A stretch of DNA of 64,000 bases, from contig JABLXH010000015.1 in assembly GCA_013178155.1 (NCBI GenBank), positions 4,233 through 68,232 on the forward strand, read 5' to 3'. The DNA comes from Armatimonadota bacterium (GTDB lineage Bacteria; Armatimonadota; Zipacnadia; Zipacnadales; UBA11051). The notes under the pieces were generated by a model. The model did not search any database. It had not been told where the DNA came from and saw nothing but the letters and a program-made list of their open reading frames with translations. The translations under genes and the position numbers were made by a program. Shown here piece after piece: positions 57,210 through 64,000 of the stretch (position 1 is its first letter; every line of letters begins with the position of its first letter).

Positions 57210-58493
57210 TCAACCCTCTGACCGGGCGGACCGGAACTTGAAGAAGTAGACCCTGGGCGGGTTACTCCACTGGTCGGTGCAACTGCCGATGACATGGCCG
57301 TCGGGGGTAACCTCGGGGCAGCCGCCGATGGCGTAGAGGCTGCCGAAGGTGTGTCGCGACTGGGCATAGTCGTGCCAGGTGGCGCCGTTGTCGTAGCTGA
57401 TGATGGCGGTGACGCGGTTCGAGGTCGAGGAGGAGTTGCCGATGCAGTACAACGGGCTTCCCGGGTCGCGGTCATCCGAGGCGAAGAAGCCGTCCAGGCG
57501 GCACATCGGCAGGGCCTCGCCCCCGAAGCGGGGGGCGATGTCCAGGTCCGGTCGGGCGGTCCGCAGGTCGTAACGCACATAGCGCTGCGTAGCCTCGGGC
57601 CGTCCCTGGATCTGATAGGTGAAGTGCAGCTTCCCGGCCTTGGCCAGCAGGCTCCATAGCCAGGAGTGGACCTCGAACTCCTCCGGGCGGCTGATGAGGT
57701 CCGTCGGGCCGCTATCGTCGGCGGCGAAGGGCGGCGTGAGCGGGGTGCCGTCGAGCCTGAGCCAGGTCCGCCCGCCATCCACGGACTTCATGCAGTGGAT
57801 ATCCCAGTACAGGTAGACGTCCTTCTTCTGGGTCGTCCAGGCGGCGTACAGCGTGCCATCGGTATCCAGGTCCAGGTAGGTGTACTGCAGCCAGGCGTGC
57901 TCCCCTGGTTGCATGAGCCGCGCCTGATGCCGGACCTTGCCATCGAGGCCGATGACGAAGAACCACTCGTTGGCGCTGAAGAAGTAGAGCTGTCCCCGGC
58001 GCTCGTCTATCTCCAGGGCGTACTTGCCGTGCACGCTGCCCGGGACCTCGGTGATGATCGGGTCGCGGTAGTCGCGTTCCGCCAGGAAGCGGTAGAGATA
58101 CGACATGTTATTGCTCCACTGGGCATCGCCCCAGTCCGGCCGCATCAGGTAGACGTTGTCCCGGGAGTCCGTCTCCAGCACCGCCGGGTTGGTGGCATTG
58201 GTGGCCTCGTGCAGGACGGTCCAGTTGCGCCCACCATCCTGGCTCCAGATCAGCCGCCACTGCTGGGCGGTATACGCCTCGTTGCGCGAACGGATGTAGG
58301 CCATGAAGTACCCGCGCCGGTTGCTGACCACCTTCTGGTTGTTGCTCTGGAAGGTGGCGTAGCCGGTGGCGTTCTCGTCCACGCACCGGGTCCAGATTGT
58401 CTTTAGCTTCGGGGCCTCTGCCATGGCGAAGCCACTCCCCGTCAGCGCAGTGAGTATCAGCAGGGCCAGTCCTCGGCGCAGCCAGTGGTTCAC
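57210..58493 (-). CDS. BNR/Asp-box beta-propeller protein (secreted)
   Basis: Signal peptide; SQDGGRNW, SVDGGRTW, SYDNGATW Asp-boxes. Confidence 0.75.
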   Translation of the reverse strand: MNHWLRRGLALLILTALTGSGFAMAEAPKLKTIWTRCVDENATGYATFQSNNQKVVSNRRGYFMAYIRSRNEAYTAQQWRLIWSQDGGRNWTVLHEATNATNPAVLETDSRDNVYLMRPDWGDAQWSNNMSYLYRFLAERDYRDPIITEVPGSVHGKYALEIDERRGQLYFFSANEWFFVIGLDGKVRHQARLMQPGEHAWLQYTYLDLDTDGTLYAAWTTQKKDVYLYWDIHCMKSVDGGRTWLRLDGTPLTPPFAADDSGPTDLISRPEEFEVHSWLWSLLAKAGKLHFTYQIQGRPEATQRYVRYDLRTARPDLDIAPRFGGEALPMCRLDGFFASDDRDPGSPLYCIGNSSSTSNRVTAIISYDNGATWHDYAQSRHTFGSLYAIGGCPEVTPDGHVIGSCTDQWSNPPRVYFFKFRSARSEG

Positions 58494-58507
58494 AGGTCAC
58501 TCTCCTG

Positions 58508-59716
58508 TCAGCCGTCACGGCGGCGCGCGCCGGGGATGCGAATGAAATGGACGTGGGCCGGGTCCACACCCCGGTCGGTGAGGGACCCGATGACATCGCC
58601 TTCGGGTGTCAGTTCGCGGCAGCCGCCAATGGCATAGGGCTCGACGATGGGAGAGCGGCTCACCGCATGGTCGTGCCAGGTCGCGCCGTTGTCGTGGCTG
58701 ACCAGACAGACCAGTTGGGAGCCATTGGCCCCCACGTAGTACAGCGGGCTTTCAGGCTGCTCCGCAGCGGCGGCGAAGAAGCCGTCGAACCAGGTAGCCT
58801 CCAGCTTTTCGCCCCCAAAGCGTGGCGTCAGGTCCATGTCCCGCGCCCCGGTCGCGAGGTCGTACCGCATGTAGTGGAACCGCGGCGGGTCGGTGTTGGC
58901 CCGGTACGCGAAGTGCAGCTTGCCGCCCTTGGCCACGAAGCTGTGCAGCCAGGTGTGCACCTCCAACTCGTCGTCCAGACTGATGCGGTCGGCGGTGCTG
59001 GCGTCATCGGCGACGACGGGCAGCTCCAGCGGTGTGCCATCCAGCTTATGCCAGTGGACACCGCCGTCCGGCGACTTGGCTACATGAATGTCCCAGTACA
59101 GGTAGCGGTCGTGATAGGAGGTCGTCCAGGCCGCATAGAGCGTGCCAGCGGCGTCAAGGCAGAGGTGTGGGTACTGCGTGATGGCATTCGCTCCCGCCGT
59201 CGTAAGGCGACAGGTGCGCAGGAGATGGCCCTCGAGGTCAAGCGTGAAGAGGCTGTCCTTGTTGTGGGAGAAGTAGTGCAACTCCCGCCGTCCGGCGTCA
59301 AAGAGCGCGCAGAACTTGCCAGCCATGCTGTGCGGGGTGACGGAGATGACCGGCGGGGCCTCGAGGTCGCCGGCAGCGAAACGGTAGAGATACGAGTGGT
59401 CGTCCACAAAGTCCGGCCGAATCAGATAGACAGTGCCAGCCTCGTCTGCCTCCAGCACCGGCGGGTTGGTGGCATTGGTCTCCTCGTGCAGGACGCGCCA
59501 CGTCTCGCCGCCATCGGCGCTGTGCATGAGCCGCCACTGCTGGGCCGTGTACTCCTCGTTGCGGCTGCGCAGATAGGTCATGAACAGCCCGCCGGGGGTG
59601 TGGATGACCTTCTGGTTGTGGCTCTGGAAGGTCCCGTAGTAGGTGGCCTTCGCATCCACGCAACGCATCGCAATGGCCTGAATCCCGTCGCCAGGCGTCC
59701 GGGGCGGGGTCGGCAT
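58508..59716 (-). CDS. BNR/Asp-box beta-propeller protein (no signal peptide), paralog of 57210..58493
   Basis: SADGGETW, SPDGGVHW, SHDNGATW; GGAGGAGG RBS before MPTPP. Confidence 0.75.
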   Translation of the reverse strand: MPTPPRTPGDGIQAIAMRCVDAKATYYGTFQSHNQKVIHTPGGLFMTYLRSRNEEYTAQQWRLMHSADGGETWRVLHEETNATNPPVLEADEAGTVYLIRPDFVDDHSYLYRFAAGDLEAPPVISVTPHSMAGKFCALFDAGRRELHYFSHNKDSLFTLDLEGHLLRTCRLTTAGANAITQYPHLCLDAAGTLYAAWTTSYHDRYLYWDIHVAKSPDGGVHWHKLDGTPLELPVVADDASTADRISLDDELEVHTWLHSFVAKGGKLHFAYRANTDPPRFHYMRYDLATGARDMDLTPRFGGEKLEATWFDGFFAAAAEQPESPLYYVGANGSQLVCLVSHDNGATWHDHAVSRSPIVEPYAIGGCRELTPEGDVIGSLTDRGVDPAHVHFIRIPGARRRDG

Positions 59717-59928
59717 CGGGCGCCTCCTCCGGTGAATGGGCACGCCGGCGAAGACTTCGCGTCGCTCAGCCCTGGCACCTCTCGGCGACCCGCACCTCCC
59801 ATTGGCGCGCGGTATTCATCCTTCGCCACAGGCCCAGAGGTGCCCGAGGGCACAGGAGACCTCAGCTCAGGCGACGAACCACCTGCAGCGCTGGCCGCAA
59901 CGCACACGCGGCGCCGGAGGTGAACCTG

Positions 59929-62900
59929 ATGGAGAGAATCGGACTGATCTTGATCGCTGTGGCCCTGTGCGGACTTGGACATGCCGTCGAACAACGTACA
60001 GCGCGGGCGCTCTGGCGTGCCGTGCCGGCCTTCAAAGAGGCCACGGTAACCAACTGCCTCTCATCTGACGCCATCAGCGCCTCGCAGTTGGGCGAGGTCA
60101 GCCTGCCGGCCATCTTCCTGCACCCGCGGAACCGCGACCTCTCGCTGCTGACCTATCCGGCTGTCACGCTGCAGGTCGAGCCCGGCCAGCGCGCGTTCCT
60201 GCTGTCAGCCTTCGGCATCCGCACCGGCTTCGACTGGAACGACCCCGAACGCAGGCCGGACGGCGTACGCTTCTATGTGATGGACGGTGACCGCGACCTG
60301 CTGTCGTATCACCTGCGGGAAAGCAAGTGGATGGCCGCAGGGGTGCCGCTGGAAGCTTCCGGCGGCAAACTGCGCCTGCACCCGGTGCTGGCTACCGATC
60401 CCGGCCCCGAAGGCAACACCAACTTCGACTGGGCGCTGCTCGGCGACCCCATGGTGGTGGTCGTGGACGAGGCCCCGGTACCGCAGCGCACAGCGGTCAG
60501 CGGGGCTGTGGGCATCCTGGTCGTGCAGTTGCCAGAGGGTGAGGCGAAGGTCATCGTGGAGGGCCTGGATGCCGCCGGGCAGCCGGTGGCAGGGGCCATC
60601 GCGGAGAGCCTGCCCGGCGCCACGGGCGTGAGCTTCGCGCGCTTCGACTTCAGCAGCCATCCCGAATGCGTGGCCTGGCAGTGGCGGCTGGACGGCGCAG
60701 GTCAGGCGCAGGCTTGGGGCGGAAGCTGGCAGCCCGAACTCGCCATCGAGGCCGTGGGACTGAGCCGGGCGGTCATCTTCAGTGGGCAGGAGCGACAGGC
60801 CCGCGTGACCGTCCGCAACACCGGGCCGGGGGCGCTCCTGCCCGAACATCAGGCCCGCGTCGAGGTGGCGGGGGCCGCCCAGCCGCTGGAGCGCCTGGCG
60901 CCTGGCGAAACGGCTACTCTGCGGTATGAGCTGCCGCCGGCCGGGGGCCAGAGCGAGAGCCTGCCGGTGGCGGTCACCTGGCGAGGTGGCCGTCTGCAGT
61001 CCACGGCCAGCCTGCGGTCCTATGCGTGGCCGGCCCTGCCCGCTGTGCCGTATTCGCGGCCAACGGGCCCTGAGGTCCTCGACCTGGGGCCATATGTACT
61101 CGTGCAGAACCCGCAGGTGCGCTGGCTCATCTGCCGCGAGGCCCCGGGCCTGGGGGCACTGGTCTATGCCTGGACCGACCGGGGTTGGGAGCTGGCCGGG
61201 TCCGTGACGCCCTGGGTCGAGCTGGTCCTGCCGGGACGCGGGGAGAGTGCGCCCGGGCTGGCTACCCTCACCGCCAGCGCGGGCGCGGAGGACGCCCGGC
61301 TGAACGCCACGCTGGTGGACGAGAGCGGGCTGATCTGCCGCGTCCGCGCCATCTTGCCGGTGGACGACATCGCGCTGCGCTTCGACCTGACTGTCTCCAG
61401 CCGCGACGGGGCGCAGGTACTGGCGGTGCGCGGCCCGGCAGTTCATGCCGGCGACGGGAGCACCGGGGCCGACAAGGGCGTGGCCATCTTCCCCGGACTG
61501 GAGTACCTGGAGGGTGACGAACGTAGCTCCAGTACCCGCGATCTGGCCCTGCCCCACGCCGACCGGCGCGTGCCGCACAAGTTCAAGGTGACCGTCCCGA
61601 TGATGATGGTCGAGACACGCACCGGCGGCCCGGTCGTCGCCGTGGCCTGGGACGCGAAGCAGAAGTGGGATGGCGAGCACCTGGCGCCGGCGGCCTGTTT
61701 CGCTTCACCCGACTTCATCACCAACAGGGACAGCCACCTGATGCAGCTTCTGCTGCCCTCAGTGCCCGAGGGGCTGCCGGAGAACGCCCGGCAGGCGCAA
61801 GAGCCGCTGACCATCACGCCCGACCGCCCCTGGCGCCTCAAGCAGCGCATCGGTGTTGGAGTGCCCCGCCCGGACGCCACGGCGGCCCTACGCTGGTTTG
61901 ATGACTGGCTTGGCTACCCCGAGGCCGAGGCGCCGCCGCGTAGCTTCGCGGATGAGATGGCGCTTTGCCGCCACGGGTGGCTGGTCACCTGCTGGGACAA
62001 GGAGACCCGGAAGGGCCGCCACTGCGTGGGCTGGAGCCCGGCCAACTCGCCCGGCCACGCAACCCTGATGCTCATGGACGCCCGGGCGGTAGCCACCGGC
62101 GAGGCGAAACAGCAGCTCCTGGAGCGGGTAGACCTGGTGGGCAACCAGACCATCGAACAGGAGGGGCCGGGGGGGCTGGCCAGCGGCGCCAACTGCCACA
62201 TCATGGGCTGGGAGTTCCCCTACCACTGGGGCGGTCTGCCCGGGGCGCTGGCCGGCATGCGGGAGCAGGCGGAGGGGATCATGCGCAGCCAGGAGGCCAA
62301 CGGCGGCTGGGGGTTCTACCCCTCGGAGGACCGCAAGTCCCTGGGCGCGCCCGGTACCCAGACCATGGGCACCTGCGCCGGACCCGCCTACCGTCTCGCG
62401 AAATGGGCCGCCATCTCCGGCGACCCGGCGGTCACCGCAGCCATGCGGAAGGCCCTGGAGCGCCTGCGCGAGTTCCGGGTCCCCCGCGGGGCTCAGGGAT
62501 GGGAGTGTCCCATCCTGCAACCCGATGTACTCGCCTCGGCCTATGCCCTGCGCGCTGCGGTCTGGGCGTATCAGGCTACCGGCGAGGCGCAGTACCTGGA
62601 CGACGCCCGTTTCTACGCCCGCACTGGCCTGCCATTCCAGTACGTCTGGGACGATGGCGAGCATCCCGGCATGCGCTATGCCAGCATCCCTGTCTTCGGC
62701 AGCACCTTCTTCACCCACTCCTGGATCGGCCTGCCCGTGCAGTGGTGCGGGCTGGTACACGCCTATGGCCTGGTGGAGCTGATGCGCTTCGACAGTGACG
62801 ACCTGTGGCGGCGACAGGTCGAGGGCATGACCGTCAGCGCCATGCACCAGCAGTGGCCGCTGGACAACAAGGAGCTGGCTGGCAGCTACCCTGACAGCTA

Positions 62901-63312
62901 CGGCCAGTGGTTCACGGTGCGCAACGGGGCCTACATCAACCCGGAGGACATCCAGATCAACGCCCTGGCGCTGAAGGGCCTGGACCCGGGCTTGCGGTCG
63001 GTGGCGGCGCAGGTTGGCGGCAGAGTGGTGCATGTCACGGCGCCGGGGGACCTGCGGGTGAGCGCGGAGGGCGGGAGATTGGCGATCAGTCTGAAGTACC
63101 TGCCGGGCGAGACCTGCTACCTGACCCTGGCCGGCCTGGACGCGGCGGCGGGCACCAGCCTGACAGCCAACGGGCAGCCCTTGATGCAGCAGCCGGACCT
63201 GCCGCATGGCAGCACGGGCTGGGCATACGAGCCAAAGACCGGCCTGGTGGTGCTTGGTGCGACCTGCGATACCGAGGGACGACTGGAGGTGGTGGGGCCG
63301 CCGGCGCGCTAG
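59929..63312 (+). CDS. Large secreted multidomain protein (CARDB-like Ig domain, C-terminal alpha/alpha toroid-like region)
   Basis: GGAGGTG RBS, signal peptide, VTVRNTG..L.PGET, Q..NGGW and AYQATGE..YLD.A helical motifs. Confidence 0.65.
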   Translation: MERIGLILIAVALCGLGHAVEQRTARALWRAVPAFKEATVTNCLSSDAISASQLGEVSLPAIFLHPRNRDLSLLTYPAVTLQVEPGQRAFLLSAFGIRTGFDWNDPERRPDGVRFYVMDGDRDLLSYHLRESKWMAAGVPLEASGGKLRLHPVLATDPGPEGNTNFDWALLGDPMVVVVDEAPVPQRTAVSGAVGILVVQLPEGEAKVIVEGLDAAGQPVAGAIAESLPGATGVSFARFDFSSHPECVAWQWRLDGAGQAQAWGGSWQPELAIEAVGLSRAVIFSGQERQARVTVRNTGPGALLPEHQARVEVAGAAQPLERLAPGETATLRYELPPAGGQSESLPVAVTWRGGRLQSTASLRSYAWPALPAVPYSRPTGPEVLDLGPYVLVQNPQVRWLICREAPGLGALVYAWTDRGWELAGSVTPWVELVLPGRGESAPGLATLTASAGAEDARLNATLVDESGLICRVRAILPVDDIALRFDLTVSSRDGAQVLAVRGPAVHAGDGSTGADKGVAIFPGLEYLEGDERSSSTRDLALPHADRRVPHKFKVTVPMMMVETRTGGPVVAVAWDAKQKWDGEHLAPAACFASPDFITNRDSHLMQLLLPSVPEGLPENARQAQEPLTITPDRPWRLKQRIGVGVPRPDATAALRWFDDWLGYPEAEAPPRSFADEMALCRHGWLVTCWDKETRKGRHCVGWSPANSPGHATLMLMDARAVATGEAKQQLLERVDLVGNQTIEQEGPGGLASGANCHIMGWEFPYHWGGLPGALAGMREQAEGIMRSQEANGGWGFYPSEDRKSLGAPGTQTMGTCAGPAYRLAKWAAISGDPAVTAAMRKALERLREFRVPRGAQGWECPILQPDVLASAYALRAAVWAYQATGEAQYLDDARFYARTGLPFQYVWDDGEHPGMRYASIPVFGSTFFTHSWIGLPVQWCGLVHAYGLVELMRFDSDDLWRRQVEGMTVSAMHQQWPLDNKELAGSYPDSYGQWFTVRNGAYINPEDIQINALALKGLDPGLRSVAAQVGGRVVHVTAPGDLRVSAEGGRLAISLKYLPGETCYLTLAGLDAAAGTSLTANGQPLMQQPDLPHGSTGWAYEPKTGLVVLGATCDTEGRLEVVGPPAR

Positions 63313-64000
63313 CGATCGCTCGCCTGCAGCCCCACCACGTACGCGGCGGCGCGGGCGCGGATGGTGTCATAGTCTGCCGGTGCCAGGCCCGGATGGACGA
63401 GGTGCTCGTAGATGCGGGCCGTCTGCGTGGCCGGAAGGTGCTGTTGGGGGCGGCGGGTGAGCCGCCGCACCGCCCGCAGGAAGCTCTGGGCCTCGCGGGC
63501 CAGGGCCCGGCGTTCCGGGTCCGGGGAGCGGGCGGCGACCTCCGCCGCGTCGCGGACCGCCTGCAGGTAGCGGTAGTCGTCTATACCCTCGCGACGACCC
63601 TCCCAGCCCAGCGTCGGCACATTACCCGTTGGTGTGGGCAGGACATAGCTGTAGCGGTGCGGGTCCTCGTAGTACGTCACATCGCCGAAGTCCAGGCTGC
63701 CGTCGTCGGTGACCCGCCCCCCGGTCGCCTCGGTGTAGCACCACTGCCAGTTGCCGGTCAGGCCTGCGGTCCAGGTGAAGTAGCCAGTGAAGTAGCGGTC
63801 ATTGCGTGGCTGGCAGCCGTTCCAGTTGCAGTTGTAGGTCCACGCCTCCTTCCCCGCCGCCCGCGCCTGGGCGACCGTGCGCTCCATGGGGTCCACGCTG
63901 TCGGACAGGATCCAGACGTCATAGTACTGGCCCAACTCCCCCGGCTCGCCGATGGCGGTGGTGGTGCGCACGCCCGGCACACGGTGGACCACATCGGCCA
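63309..64000 (-). CDS. DUF4091/GH123-like C-terminal region, partial (starts beyond right edge)
   Basis: GKEAWTYN, GYFTW...G..QW, PTLGWEG.REGIDDYRYL. Confidence 0.65.
   Translation of the reverse strand, partial: ADVVHRVPGVRTTTAIGEPGELGQYYDVWILSDSVDPMERTVAQARAAGKEAWTYNCNWNGCQPRNDRYFTGYFTWTAGLTGNWQWCYTEATGGRVTDDGSLDFGDVTYYEDPHRYSYVLPTPTGNVPTLGWEGRREGIDDYRYLQAVRDAAEVAARSPDPERRALAREAQSFLRAVRRLTRRPQQHLPATQTARIYEHLVHPGLAPADYDTIRARAAAYVVGLQASDR

Overview
GC-rich bacterial chromosomal window. The DUF1559/H-X9-DG prepilin-like gene and the DUF6785-like membrane protein suggest Armatimonadota or a similar lineage (inference). It holds about 47 CDSs, mostly carbohydrate catabolism and transport: GH5/DUF5060-like, GH2, GH29, GH36-like, GH63/MGH1-like, DUF4838, DUF4434, BNR and other beta-propellers, sugar ABC permeases, an MFS-HEAT fusion, three Gfo/Idh/MocA oxidoreductases and two UroD/MtaA-family genes. 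It also has tRNA-Val(GAC), thrS and araD. After thrS there is an accessory-looking block (AIPR-family gene, radical SAM, GT2, and an aspartate 4-decarboxylase homolog lacking the PLP lysine). The most unusual observations are: (1) a leaderless subtilisin-fold (S8) protein with Cys in place of the catalytic Ser, coupled between two UroD-family genes; (2) the Lys-less decarboxylase homolog; (3) a promoter-hairpin-terminator unit that looks like an unannotated sRNA or leader at about 40.5-40.7 kb; (4) GTAG-type REP elements, one possibly inserted in frame in the S8 gene; (5) a homopolymer frameshift splitting a membrane-protein gene. All calls come from motif recognition by eye; no database searches were run.
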